From Podarcis filfolensis (lineage: Eukaryota): a stretch of DNA of 64,000 nt. Under the pieces are notes generated by a model. It ran no database searches, was not told the origin of the DNA, and worked only from the letters and a program-made list of their open reading frames with translations. The stretch is taken from NCBI GenBank assembly GCA_964270895.1, contig OZ185435.1. One strand, given 5' to 3'. Positions 24,831-39,020 of the stretch are shown piece by piece. The position numbers and the translations under genes were made by a program. Each line of letters begins with the position of its first letter. Position 1 is the stretch's first letter.

Positions 24831-25048
24831 TTTATGCTACTTTGATGGCAATGGTCCAGGGTGAAGCTGTTTGACAGGGACTGGAAGACTCATGCTCATA
24901 TAAGGGGCAACTTAACAGGTTCTTCAGCTTTTCCTGACCCACAAAGGATTCGATAAATTCATGGAGGATCAAACTGTTAGTTGCTACTAGCTATGATGAG
25001 TATGTTCTACCTCCACTGTCTCTAAATGTCAGTTGTTGGAAAGTGCAT

Positions 25049-25050
<2 letters not shown>

Positions 25051-25085
<35 letters not shown>
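25051..25085. repeat. (GT)n microsatellite
   Basis: Direct reading; boundaries approximate. Confidence 0.9.
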
Positions 25086-25087
<2 letters not shown>

Positions 25088-26933
25088 CTGTTGTGTTCAG
25101 GATCTGCTTTTGGGTTTCCTAGAAGCATCTAATTGGCCACTGTGAGAATAGGATGCTGGATTAGATGGGCCATTAGCAGGATGCAGCAGGGCTCTGTGTA
25201 TATTCCTTAAAAGTTTATGCATTCCCCCAAATTAAACAGGCTCCCCATGCAGACTGGGGGGAGTGGTGCGATTGTAGCCAATGGACGACTGCAAATGAAT
25301 GAGTAGCAGAGACAGTGGCAAAGAGATGGGCCCATTTTGGGGGGGGGCACACTGAGGGGGTTGAAAGCTTCCTGCCCCTGGAAGGAGAGCAGCAAGTGGA
25401 AAATAGCTACGTTTTTAAAACCTCCTTTCGACTCAGTCCATCTCGAGAAGGCATTTCTACAACTGGCAGGGAACGTTGCTGTGCAGTGCAAGGCAATGGG
25501 GACATCTAGTGGCCAACTACATATGGGCGTTGCCCAAGGGAGCGTGTCAACCAGTGTGCCCAAGGCAATATTTCCTTCTTAATTCTACCAGACTTGAAAT
25601 AAAATGCACACTGGCTTCCTGCCAAGTGTGGCACACTCTCACTTTCTCCCTCTCTGCATCTTTAGTTGATTGCAGAGAGGCTCTTTTGATGGATGGAGAA
25701 AAGCCATCTGATTAGAAAAGAATTTTTTTTATTGAGTCAAGATCAAAACTGTATAACACAGATGAGATTCTTTATGTGCTGCAGACTAGCAAAGCCTTTG
25801 TAAGGGTGCTTGATAATATATTGTCCTCTTGTCAGTATTGCTTAGCAGATGCCAGTACCCTTGACGTAAGAAGTGGAGGAAAGCATTGTGGTGCTGCTTT
25901 GGGACTTGAGGGCACAGGGGTGGGTTTTTGGTTTTTTAGAGGGGGTGGACTTTTTGTTCATCAGTTTCTATTTGGTCTTTAGTGTACGAAGATGGCACAA
26001 TCTAGTGTCCTCCTCCTATCGACTGGTCCTATCCATCCTTGCTTGCAAGTAATTGCATGATTTACACCCAAGCAAATGTTCATAGAGTTCTTGCCCTGTT
26101 GCAAGAGGCTAATAGCCCAGATCTCATTAGTGTTCAAGAGGGTTTATTCCTATGTGCACAGGATTGCAGTGATAACCTGCAAATCAATGAAGTTGCAATC
26201 CTATCCCTTCATACTAAGGAGTCACTCCTATTGAACTAAGTAGGACAAAGCACACATTGGAACAGGCTGTCATCCTGTCCAGTCTTACTTGAAAGTCAGT
26301 CTCACAGAGACTCATTTCCATGTAAAGATGAGCTGCACAGCTGCTGTGATCTGTATAAGTCTCTGGGAGTCCCTTAAATTCAGTGGGACTTCCTGTGTGC
26401 CTTACACAGATGTTTCTATCTTATTCAGAAGAATCGGGTTTCTCAAGCTTGCCTACAAATGAGCAACAATGTGCTGCATGGTGGAGTGCTCCTGTTCTAG
26501 CCTGCCAGCCCTGTCCTTTTCTAGGCAGGGATACTGCAGAATTCTGATGGAATTTGAAGCAGAAATCACCACCATTTGCTATCATTGGCCATCTTAGCCT
26601 ACAACATTGCATAATTATACTATTTTCTCACTTTCTTATGCAGGGGCGGGGGGAAATGTTTTCCCTCTATTAAAATACACTGAATTTAATTACGTAATCA
26701 ATTACATAATTAATTGTGTTCGTTTCAGCCATAGCAGATAACGAGATGAAAACTGTAGAAGCCAAAATGTAGCAGAACAGAAACAGCACCAGTTGTGGTG
26801 GAAACAGGAAATTGCTGCCTCCTTACATCCCTGCTTCTAGGACATTCAATTTCATTCCCCTGCCACCTCCATTTTTTTGCTTTCCCCCGTCACAGACATG
26901 CAACATGGCCACTGAACATTCTCTGTCTTCACT

Positions 26934-27115
26934 CAGGGCCCACCCATGAGGCAAGGTGAGGCAACCCCTCGGGTGGCAGAATCCACAGGGGCAGCAGATC
27001 CTGCTCTCAATCTTGTTTCTGATGTAGATCTTTCCTCACCCTTTCTTCCCTGGTGGGAAAGGGGGCACTATTTTGGGGTCTGCCTCAGGTGCCAAAATGT
27101 CTTGGACCGGCCCTG
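26934..27115. mobile_element. hAT-type MITE
   Basis: Short TIRs cagggcc / ggccctg. 8-bp TSD tcttcact / tcctcact (7 of 8 match). Confidence 0.7.
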
Positions 27116-28206
27116 TCCTCACTGGCCTGTTTTTTAAGTGTGTTCCCCACCCCCACCCCCGGTGGCCATTTTTGCCCTGAAATACTCATTGTACTTCTGC
27201 AAACCTTGGGGTTTCCCTGAGCCTGCTGATATTTATTGATTACTTAATCATTTTCACAAGCTCACCCTTCACTGTATTGATCCCAGAGTGGATTACAACA
27301 CACTGGACCAGAAGCAAACAGGCCAAGACCACATTGAAAAGCACTTCAAAACATAGGTGGCAATTCTAAAAGTGTAGGCAGTGCACTGACAGTAACAGGT
27401 GGACCAAACCAGTGGTGTATTCAGGATACCCTGTTAAAGGGGTCTGGGTGGAAGACTCTGTCCAGAAGCTGAGTATGGGGTAGGCCAACCACAGAGCTTC
27501 CAGTGGCGGCCTTAGGCTGGCCACCTCAGTAGATCGGCATCTTGGGGATGCCTTAATCTTTGGTACAACACTGAAAACATTTCAGCCCTCTGCCGGGGGC
27601 TGAAGTTGGATATACCGTATACCCAGTGCAAAATCCACCTACATCTGGAATCAATAAAGTCGTGGCCATTTTTGACCCAAATTGTTGTCTACTTGAGTTT
27701 ATTCATTGCACATTAGCTGGAGACACTGCACAGGTGTGGGGATGCTGTGACTGGGACTGCAATAACTACCATTTCTTTCTGACATATTGTTTCTCAGTGA
27801 GCCTGTTCTGGCTAGCATCCCATCAGCACTCACCAAGTGAGTTTTCTATTAGAGAGAGTGATTGAACTGAGACCGCCAGTACAGGCAAAAGGGTCAGTTT
27901 GCACATAGGGTTAAAGCTTCAATAATCATTTTTAAAAGGGATGTAAAGCTCTGAGGCTGGACATCTTCAAGGATAACCAAGAAGCTGGAGCACCACTGAG
28001 CGCTTGAACTTCTCTGAATTTTGCCTCTTGTTCTTGCGTGATCTCTGGATGCTATACAATGCCAATGAGTGTTATTCCTAAACATAGTCCTAACCTAGAA
28101 TCCCATGCAGGCTCACCCCAATCCTGAGAGCTTCTTTGGGTGCGTATTTCCAAAGTGTAGGTTATTTCCTGGGTTGATGTATGGTGTTTTCCCTTGTCCC
28201 TGACAG

Positions 28207-28645
28207 GTTGTTTATAAGAATAATGACATCCGTCTGGAGCTGTCTCGCTTGGCGAGGATTGGTGACACAAAAATGAAAATCTATGGGGAGGTGAAGTTCA
28301 TGTGTGAGAACGTGGCCACACTGGACCCCATCAATTTTGAGACACCCGAGGCCTACATTAGCCTGCCTAAGTGGAACACCAAGCGCATGGGGTCCATCTC
28401 CTTTGACTTCCGCACCACAGAGCCAAATGGTCTTATACTCTTCACCCACGGCAAGCCCCAGGAGAGGAAGGATTCCAGGAGCCAGAAGAACACCAAAGTG
28501 GACTTCTTTGCAGTGGAACTCTTGGATGGGAACCTCTACCTACTTCTCGACATGGGCTCTGGAACAGTCAAAGTGAAGGCCACTCAGAGGAAAGCTAATG
28601 ATGGAGAATGGTATCACGTTGATATTCAGAGAGATGGCAGATCAG
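28207..28645 (+). CDS. NRXN3: NRXN3-alpha coding exon, LNS2 end and LNS3 N-terminal part ([29 protein letters not shown]...DIQRDGRS)
   Basis: Acceptor ...tccctgacag|GTT and donor TCAG|gtatgt. 439 nt, phase 0-1. Paralog-diagnostic residues ([37 protein letters not shown]) match NRXN3, not NRXN1. Confidence 0.97.
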
Positions 28646-31185
28646 GTATGTAGAAAAAAATTCCTGGGAATAGTCCACCCCCAACTATAGAAACACAGAC
28701 CCTTTACGATGGTTGAAGAGCAGGATCAAAGACCACTGGTCTTTGACGTTTGAGAATTCTTGGAGACCAGAGACTGAAAAATATTGTCTCTGCCTTCAGG
28801 AAAGGATGAAAGGCAAATCTGGGGAACTGCCGGCTGGTCAGCCTGATAACAATACATAGCCACTCCTCTTCTAGGGCAGGAACCCTGGACATGACAATTC
28901 CTTTGATTCCTGGCACCTGGGATGCTGCTATGACTCCATCACTAGAGCTTCTTCCAATTGCCATTGCTGTTGCCCTATGAATTTGTGTGCAAAAGTGAAG
29001 GGTGTGTGGCAGGGAGACCAGAGATGGTCAAACCTGATTGCTAATTGTGCTGAAGTTTAGAGGAGTTTGAGTCCAGTTTGGAAGGGGCGCCAGGATATTC
29101 AGCATTGGGGGTGCTAATTTCTGAACCGTGCAATTCTGAACCTAGCCACCATCGCTACTATGCCAGGCAAGAGTTGCCACCAAAGTTCCTCCTAATGTGA
29201 AATTCAAAGCAAACACTTGTTTTCCCCAGCATGGAGCATCTGGGGAATCTCAAGGGAAGCGGGAATAAATAAATCTAGTATAATTTCACACGAGAGTTTT
29301 GGAAATCCTTATACTGCCATCAGATTTAATTTGCAACAAAATCCAGGTAGAATGTCAAGCTTCCTTCTAAGATGAAATCCACACCTGGGATTTTGAGAAA
29401 AGCAATAACAAAGGTTATTGTTGAAAAGCTGCCGGTGGGAGGGATGTTACAAATTCCTAGGGCAGGCATTCAATTCCTTTGGTACTACGAGACATTTAAA
29501 TATTTGCTGTTAAATTAATTGTGGAGATTCTATTTTTTGTACTCCCTTATGTCATTCCAGCTTCCAAGTTTTTGTTTTTTAAACCCACACTGCATTTGGG
29601 AATCATATATAGAGGAAGACTGGATGTGGGATGAATGGTGCTGGAATTTGATGTTTCTGCTTTTTCAAAACAACATACCTTCAGTAGATAGTACAGAATT
29701 CTCTAGCTTACTTAGGTATTATTTTTCTAGCCAGAAAAATATTATCAGGGGTCTAGGAGAGATTTGTATTTTCTTCTTCAACCCTACTATAGTTTAATGT
29801 TAGCAGGTTTGCAACAGCTGTGCTTATTGTTGAGAAATTCCAGCATTTTATGGGGATGTAAATAAGTAATCAAATAATTGATTTTTGTGTGGGGCAGGTT
29901 GGTTTGCATTTAATTAACTTGCGAGGATAAATTCAATCAGCAGCATTCATTGCTTCTTAGTCTTGCTTACATATATGGCAGATATCTGGCCTCTGGGTAA
30001 CAACATTTAGCATTAGAGGAACAAGGAACAAGCAGAATCCAACCCAAGCTGAACATTTTGTAGTGCAATTCTATACATGTCTACTCAGATGTAAGCCACA
30101 TGGGGTTCAGTTAGTGATTATATGATTGTATTCATTAAGCCCCATTTATGTGAAGCATGTGTTCTCACAAGCTTTGCTATTTTCAATTGAAATCAACGGG
30201 ACAATAATGCTGTATTGTGGGTGGATTAGAAAGTGCAGAATCCAACCATAGTTCAGCACTTCAAAGTACAGGTGATTTTAGTGGGACAGAGCTACTTTTG
30301 TGCTGAATTTTCCTGCTTCAAGTAGATGGGATTTTAAACAATATTACTCTGATTTTAATAGAAGGAGATCCTGTAGCTTTATGGTCTCTTTAGAGGAAGA
30401 AGCTTGTCCCATCTATTTCAATGGGGCAATCTCCAAATGGTAATGCCCATGAAAAAAGGTCAGCAGGTGGGTGGCAGCTAAGGTGGGCAGACCCCAATCC
30501 ACTGCTGCTCCTGGTCTGTAGACCAGGAATTCAGTTCCCCTATCCCTAGAGTTTCCAGAAACTGAAATCTGGACCTTCAGCATGCAGATCAATATGGTCT
30601 CTAACCAAGCTATGGATCCCTCTTCCTTTCTGCCATCACTGTAATTTGAAAAACTACAGGATACATTATTTTCGTATACATGAGTGGGCTTAAATTTGTG
30701 GGCCAGGTGTGCACCAGTGCTTTGTGATGCAGTTATTTCACATTAATCTTTGAGATCTGCACTGTGCACTGTATTGAGGTGTGTACTGTCTTGAGTTCCA
30801 GCATGAGCCTAAGAGAGAACACTTGCTCTTCCTCCCAAATCTTCCTGCGCCAGGCTGCCAGATTGTTGATGTAGGACTTCCAAGGCTATGTGCAAAAATA
30901 GCCATTTGAGGTTCCTGCATCATTGCAGAGGATTGGGTTGGACGTCCTTCGTTTGTCTTCCAACCTATCAGTTTTATTATTCTGTGCCTCTGCTGTCTGA
31001 CAGGCTTAGCAGAGGGCAGCAAAGCATTTCAGGACAAGTTTTCTGTGTCAGCTGTGTTTTGTCTCAGCTGACATCTTCACTCTCCTGTGCCAAAACCCCA
31101 TCCTTTCACCAGGATTCAAACTGCCACGGGAACTTGACTTGTGCCACAACTGTGGCTGCTGGCTGACGTGATCTCTTTCTTTCAG

Positions 31186-31569
31186 GCACCATATCGGTGA
31201 ACAGCAGACGGACACCCTTCACTGCTAGCGGGGAGAGTGAGATCTTGGATCTGGAAGGGGACATGTATCTGGGCGGACTGCCTGAAAACCGGGCAGGCCT
31301 CGTCCTCCCTACTGAGCTCTGGACAGCCATGTTGAACTATGGCTATGTGGGCTGCATCCGAGATCTCTTCATCGATGGGCGGAGCAAGAACATCCGGCAG
31401 CTGGCGGAACAGCAAAACGCTGCTGGGGTCAAATCATCCTGCAGTCGGCACAACACCAAGCAGTGCGACAGCTATCCCTGTAAGAACAATGCGGTTTGCA
31501 AAGATGGCTGGAACCGCTTCATCTGTGACTGCACTGGCACTGGCTACTGGGGGAGAACGTGTGAGCGAG
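31186..31569 (+). CDS. NRXN3: NRXN3-alpha coding exon, LNS3 C-terminal part and EGF2 ([28 protein letters not shown]...[35 protein letters not shown])
   Basis: Acceptor ...tctttcag|GC and donor CGAG|gtaagt. 384 nt, phase 1-1, in frame with the previous exon. Six-cysteine EGF pattern. Confidence 0.97.
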
Positions 31570-34500
31570 GTAAGTCCAGCAACCAGAGAGGGGAACTTCT
31601 GTCCTGAGCTATACTGAGCCACGCTACGTGGCACACTAACTTAGCCCAAATGCACCGTCCCCTACAGTCCTGCCACATATGAAAACAGTGGTTCAGACTA
31701 ACCCTTATAGCCTCCAATGCGTAGCCATTCTTTTAAAGATCCTTTCCAGTGGTATGCCCTGCACATGTAGTGGGACATTCAGGGTGTGTATGAAGTCTAC
31801 CAGCTATTGCATGTATGACCTCTAGTTCTCATGATCCTTCTGATAGATACCTTCTGAAGGAAAAGGATTGCGGGAATTTCACGACTCCAGTCCATCCCAG
31901 TGAACACAGGATGTCTGGGATGATGGGAATTGGGGTTCTGCAATATCTGGAGGGCACCATGCTATTGACAATGATAAACAGTTCCATGATGGTATTTGCA
32001 GGATCATGGTTTGCTACATGCACATGAAAGAAAAAGAGAGAGAGAGCGTATTTTGTCCCTTTCTGTGTATTGTTCTGGTGCTAACATTTGACTGTCAGAT
32101 CCAAATCAATAATCAATGAGGACTGACTTTCACCTGTACCACAGGGGAATCAGTTAAGAGGTGAGCAGAATCTTCCTGGGTACAGCTGGTGTCACAGGGC
32201 CATTTTCCCATGGTCTTGTCTCACTGGTCACTTAAAGGCGTCTGACTGGGGATATATGAGACACAATTATTTCTGGTGCAGACAATCAAGAGACACATCC
32301 ATTCTTGGCTAAATGAGAAGGAGCTGAGCAAATGTAAGGCATTTGATCTATACACTGTTCAAATTCCAGACGGTCCCATTTATTGTCATCCTTGTATTGT
32401 GCCTGATGCCGTGCACAGAATGAATTGAGTGAGAAGGTGTTATTTTTGAGTTTTTTTAAAAGCCAAACCAAAGTAGTAGCACAAATTCTCCCATTTCCTT
32501 TTTCTGAGGCAAATTTATTGGCAATATTATAGTAGAGATAAAGTGGAATCTTATCTAAAATGCTCTCACAAGGCCTTGGCTACAAACCATTGGGAGGATC
32601 TCCTAGGTATGTCTTTCCTTCTCTCTCTCTTGTATAGACTGATAGCCAGGGTGGGGGTGGGGGGATGGGGTGGAGAAGCAAGGAATAGGAACATCTGAGT
32701 CTTTGGCTCAGGAGGTTGTTGTGTGATTCTGGAGCCAAGGAAATTCCTAGTCCTTCTGATCTAAGTTACTGCAAGGATGCTTCTGAAACCACGTGAAAGA
32801 AAGAAGGAACAATTTTGACAAGTGGTGGATTGCCTCAGTTCACCTTTCAATAGGCTACTGCCACAGCTGTTCGTTTTTTTAAAAAAAGATTTGCAGATGT
32901 ATTCAGAAACAAGATGGAACATATTTATGAGCAGACACATGTGAAAGCACCACTGGCTGGACATATAGATGGATTCACCCGTCTCTACTTGACGTCCTGC
33001 TATGCCTCATTTGTACATCACAATAAGCCAAACTATGGCTTGCCAGAACTGTGTGGACATGCAGGCTTCTGTAGAGATACATGTTAAAGAACATTTACAT
33101 ACATACAGGGTAGACCTGCCGAAACAAAAAAGGGTTTTAAGCAGCATCTGAGAACAATAAACTGAAGTTGCCTTCCTAATATGAGCAGGGTGTTCAGTGC
33201 TGCCACACAGGAGGACTGATTATCATTAGGCAGAACTAACGTTAAGTTAGTTCCAGGAACCTATCAGCCTCCCTCACTTTCCAAGGATGGGCCACCTGAA
33301 CAGGCCCACCACTCTTGCAGGAGGGAATTGACACCACCAGTCCAAACTTCACCAAAATAATGGTCCAACCATGACAAGGGTGTGCTTTGATGGCTGGCCA
33401 AAATGGTGATGGACCATTTGTAACAGTGTGACATTAAATTGCTTCATATGCGCCCAGCATGCACTGTATCTGTGCGTGAGATTCTATGCTGCAAGTGTGA
33501 TATGAATCAGCCTGGACCCTGACATGAGACGTATGGAGGGTGGCAACATGAGAACAGGCCTTTTCTGCGGTGGTTCCTCATTTGTGGAATGCTCTCCCCA
33601 GAGAGGTTTGCCTGGCACCATCATATATAAACTTTCCTCTATAAGCAGGCCTTTGGCCTTTAACTATCTGTGGCCTTTTAGAAAAGGGTGGGATGTTTTT
33701 AATGTGTTTCTTTCTCTCTCTCTTGGTTTTAATGTATCTTTGTGGGGGTTTTGTGTCTGTCTGTTTGGTTGCAAGTTGCTTTGGGTTGCCCTGGGCAAGA
33801 GAAAGTGACTAACAAATTCAATAAGTAATAATAATAAAATGAATAATGGGCAGCAAGATGTTGCAGGATATCCTCCTCACTTCATAGCACAAGTGCTTCT
33901 ATTCAGGGTTCCAGTTAAAAAGCATCCATGTCCTTCATTAAGATATTATAAGCTGGAAGCAGCTCCCCTCCCTGGTTTTCTGTTTTTCGTTTCCAACCGA
34001 GCATGTTCAAACCCTTTCAGGCTATTTTGGAGGACTTTTTGGCTCCCTTACATTTTAGAGATGTTTGGTACTTCTGCAAATTTCATTGCCCTCCCCTCAC
34101 AGAAACCCCCAAACACATGCCATTGCCTCCTCCTTATTTAACAGCAGCCCTGTTTGGGCTCCATTTCTGTTGGTGCTCCCCACTACCCAAGTTTGCTGTT
34201 AGAGACTGTGGTGCTAGGCATGAACCTGCCCCTGAAATGAATTTGCCTAATTGTCCATGAGAACTAGACCTAAATTGAGTAATTAGTAAAAGAAACCCTG
34301 CCTTGTGAAACATCTGTCTTGCTTGATACACATATACCCCAAGGCCTCAGCGTGTCCCTAGCTTGGAACATGGATCATTATTTCCCCAAAAAAGACAAAT
34401 GTACCATCAAAGACTGTTGGAGAATTCATGTTTTTCTAGTTACGGGGCTGGATGTTCGGAATTGTGTGTCAGAGAATGGATGCCTGTTTTGCTAACAGTT

Positions 34501-35108
34501 ACGCCACTCTCTCGTCCCCCTGCCCCAAGTGCTGGTTATGACATATAAAGCTCTATATGGTTTAGGTTAAAGCTATTTGAAAGACATTATGATTATGATT
34601 ATTATTAGTAGTAGTTCTAATATCTCAAAGTGGTTTCCAGCCTACATTAAAACATCAAATAAAACAATCCAGAATAAAATATGAAGTATACATTCAAAAC
34701 AACATAATTAACAGGAAACAAAAATATTATTTTAAAGATTGAAAAATAAAGCATTACAGAGGAGGTCAGCTACAGAATGCACATTTAACACAGCAAAGGT
34801 AGCCCCCGCCCCCAAATCCTCTCATACAAACCTGCCTGGGTTTTGACATTTTCGGAAGAGGCCCTTCTCTCGATCCCGCCACCCTCACAGGTATGCTTGG
34901 TGAGGATGCAGGAAAGGGTCTTCTTGATAGCTGCTCCCAGACTCTAAAACTCCCTCCCTAGAGAAGCAAGACTAGTTCTCTCCTTGTTGTCCTGCTGGCA
35001 AAGGAAGACCTTCCTGTTCCAACAAGCTTTTGGGAGCTGACTGCTTTTAATGAAAGGGCTGGTGCTGTGTTGTTTTCATTGCAGTTATTGATATGGTTTT
35101 AATAGTCC

Positions 35109-35167
35109 AGAGAGAGAGAGAGAGAAGAGAGAAGAGAGAGAGAGAGAGAGGGAGAGAGAGAGAGAGA
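35109..35167. repeat. Imperfect (AG)n microsatellite
   Basis: Direct reading; boundaries approximate. Confidence 0.85.
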
Positions 35168-37099
35168 TTTAATCCTATCAATGTTTAATTTTTTTAATCC
35201 CCCCCTTGTTGTTCTTACCTTGAGTCTCTGTCAGGGGAAAACGTGGGGTATAAATAAATACAATTACTAATAATAAAAAATGATAATAATAGGTCCTAAT
35301 GCACAAGCAATAAGGCTTTATTGGCATACAATGTTGCGTCAGTTTCATTAAGGCAAACAAGGGTGAGTGAGATGCTCCACAGATGACAGGGAGTGCAAAG
35401 AGAGGGCTGGTAGTGGAATAAGGACAGATGGAGTCACAATGGCATTAAAAGTTCTGCTTAGTTTTAGGGAGCAATTAGCATTGCCTGTGTCTATCGGCTT
35501 CTCATTTGCTTGAGAGTCTGACAGCAGCTGCAGCGATAGGTGAGCGCAATAGCTGTGGCGGCTGAGCTAATGAAGGTGCTCTGCAGACGGAAAGATCTGG
35601 ATTATGGAGATGATGTGTGTTTCTGCACGGATGTGAAGCCACCTTCTCACAGTCTGCAGGCTTTTCTGGAAACAAGAACCAAGCATAGCCCTGACTGAAG
35701 CACGGAGCGTGCACCATATTCAAATCAGTTTCATTATATTAGCAATGGATTTGTTGATGCCGGAAATGCCAACTTCTGAAGGAAATGCAACATATTGTTA
35801 CACGCCACCCCAGTCTCCATGAGCGGTGTGAGATTCCAGGGGTTACAGGCACACTTTAACCCGGGCTCTGTGTTTCCTCTTGGGAATGAGGTGCAGAGGA
35901 GGCTGTGGTGTCTTCATGATGGAAGGTTTATTTACACTTATATGCAACCTGATTCTAGTTGGAAGGGAATCCCAGCATTACACCCCAAGAGGGTATCATG
36001 CATCTCCCATAGGTGCGATCGTCTCAGATTTTAATGAAACGTCAGCCATGCCTCTGCATCTCTCCCTCCTGCTTGCCGCTTCCAGACTGGAGAGGATTTT
36101 CCCTCCCTGCTCATATTATGCTCTTGCAAAACTGAGACACCCCCCATTTGCTTACTTCAGGCCCACAGTGATTCTGAAACATTCCCCTCCCAGCTCTGGT
36201 ATTGTCTTTGCTAACTATTCCCCATTTGTGGCTGGCACAGCCCCTGCTTTGCTAAACTCCAGCCTTTGTTTCTTAATGGCTTATCTGCTGGAAGATTCCT
36301 TGGTCAGGAAAAAACCACACCTAGTAAATTTAGGAGGGGGGATTTGGCACCCAGGAATTTAGGGGCATCCATAACAATATCTTGGCTGGCATCCAGACCG
36401 TTTTGCATTCTTCTCCTTTATATCAGTTGGGTTGAACATGTTTTGTTTCACCAAAGCCGGCTCCAGCTTCTTGCCCTGCAGATGTTTTGGGCTAGGATTC
36501 CCACCACCCCTGACATATTGAGGACATTAGGTTAGGGAAGAATGACTTAAGACTTGTCGTTTCATAAAGATGCAGTGAAATGGTGAAATTTGACAGGCTA
36601 ATGGAAAGATCTTGGCAAATTCAAAGTTGAGTCAGTTTCTTACGTATTGGATATAGTGTCACTACATCTGCTGATAGGAATTTATAACATAGTTACAACT
36701 AATTCTGGGCTTTCACAAAAATCCAGTTTGGCTGGGGCAGAGCTGGAACTGCTTGCATCATTTCATGTTCATTCTCCTGAGTGTCAAAAATAGCCTTCCA
36801 TTTTAAGCAATTTTCAGTCCTTTTGGGTTGCATAAGTACAACTCAACCAGATAGGACAGAACTGTCTGATTCAGAAGCCCATTCCTGCCCTCAGAATTGC
36901 ATATATTGTATAATACTCTGGGCCAAGAAATTTAAAGATCTGTGATCAGAATGCATCAAATTAAGTAAATTAGTTTGCTTCCATGACACACATTCTGAAA
37001 GAATTCAGAAATGTTTGAAAAGAAATAGAGTCAAAGAGGGCAGGGAAGAAGTATAGATTTGTAGACAGGTTGGGAAAGAATTTTAATTATTATCAATAA

Positions 37100-37540
37100 T
37101 AATTGTATTATTTATGCACCACCCATCTGACCGGGCAGCTTCCAACAAATTAAAACACAAATATTAAAAACTTCCCTATACAGGGCTGCCTTCAGGTGTC
37201 TTCTAAAAGTCAGTTAGATGTTTATTTCCTTGACATCTGATGGGAGGGCGTTCCACAGGGTGGGTACCACTACTGAAAAGGTCCTCTGCCTGGTTCCCTG
37301 TAACTTCTCACAGTGAGGGAACCACCAGAAGGCCCTCAGAGCTGGACCTCAGTGTCTGGGCTGGACGATGGGGGTGGAGACGCTCCTTCAGGTATATTGG
37401 GCCGAGGCCGTTTAGGGCGTTAAAGGTCAGCAGCAACACTTACAATTGTGCTTAGAAACAGTGAGCCAATGTAGATCCTTTAGGATCGATGTTATATGGT
37501 GCTGGTGGCTACTCCCAGTCTCCCTGCCACATTCTGGATT
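37100..37540 (-). mobile_element. L2-type LINE 3' fragment
   Basis: Approximate reverse complement of the element at 45430-45668 (shared ttccttgacatctgatgg.agggcgttccac and cactactgaaaag segments). Confidence 0.65.
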
Positions 37541-38489
37541 AGAAGAGGCATAGCAACATAGGAAGCTGTAGTACACTGAGTTAGGCTGTTGGTCCATCTG
37601 GCTGTGTATTGTCTATACTGATGGGCAGTGGCTTTCCAGGATTTCATACAAAGGAGATTCCCAGTCCCTCCTGGAGATACTGGGGACTAAATGTGGGACT
37701 TTGTGCATACATGTGCTAGAGCCAAATGCTCTTCTTTGGGGCAATAGATGAGACATAATATTAATGAAAATCTAACAGATGGGGTACTGAAACCTTGGGA
37801 TGCTTGGAAGCAATCTCTGTCAGACACTTCACATGAAATACATTTCCAGGCTTTCAGCTAAGCCTAAAAGCAGCAATTGATTAATTAGAGTGGTAGAGGG
37901 GAAAAAAGTTTTAATCGTACATGTTATGTATGATGGAGAATTCACTGGCCTTGCAACATAGATGTCTTTTGCTGTCTTGATGTACCATTAGTTGAACAAA
38001 GCAAATTGAAGTTAATACTCTGTACATCCCAACCACAGCTCCCCTTTGTGAAGATATTTTGAATCTATCAAATAAGCAAGGTGCAAGGATTAACTGGAGG
38101 CAGGGCACTGCCCCACAACCTGCTTTCAGTGTAGGGATATAGCTGTGGCACACAGGATGTGGTAGTAAATATGAAAATGCCTCCAAGGCCCAGTCTACCC
38201 ATGCAGTAGAATTGAGAGGAGGCAAATACATTGCATGAAGAAAAGCAGCAATGTATTGCAACTATTTCAAGGAGAAATGTCATAGCTTAGCTCATGCCTT
38301 GCTTCACTATTTTTCTACTCTCAGGGAGTTGCTTTTCTAATTTAATGGAGTGTTAAAAAGTCATGGACTTGCATTGACCAGCATTGCATTGACAGTACTG
38401 TAAATTCTACCACTTCATTCAGACGCAGCCAGAGTATGTGCAGAGCTTCATTGCCACCTCACTGTGTTGGCACAGCCCTGCTTCCACAC

Positions 38490-39020
38490 ATAGAATCATA
38501 GAATCATAGAGTTGGAAGAGACCACAAGGGCCATCGAGTCCAACCCCCTGCCAAGCAGGAAACACCATCAGAGCACTCCTGACATATGGTTGTCAAGCCT
38601 CTGCTTAAAGACCTCCAAAGAAGGAGACTCCACCACACTCCTTGGCAGCAAATTCCACTGTCGAACAGCTCTTACTGTCAGGAAGTTCTTCCTAATGTTT
38701 AGGTGGAATCTTCTTTCTTGTAGTTTGGATCCATTGCTCCGTGTCCGCTTCTCTGGAGCAGCAGAAAACAACCTTTCTCCCTCCTCTATGTGACATCCTT
38801 TTATATATTTGAACATGGCTATCATATCACCCCTTAACCTCCTCTTCTCCAGGCTAAACATGCCCAGCTCCCTTAGCCGTTCCTCATAAGGCATCGTTTC
38901 CAGGCCTTTGACCATTTTGGTTGCCCTCCTCTGGACACGTTCCAGTTTGTCAGTGTCCTTCTTGAACTGTGGTGCCCAGAACTGGACACAGTACTCCAGG
39001 TGAGGTCTGACCAGAGCAGA
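38490..39020 (-). mobile_element. Young CR1 LINE 3' end, near-identical to 15298-15829
   Basis: The ORF2 C-terminal translation matches the 15403-15750 ORF except for one K/R change. (ATAGAATC)n tail at the left edge. Confidence 0.93.

Noticed and set aside
28207-31569. Assignment to NRXN1 or NRXN2
   Set aside because: Diagnostic residues ([47 protein letters not shown]) follow NRXN3.
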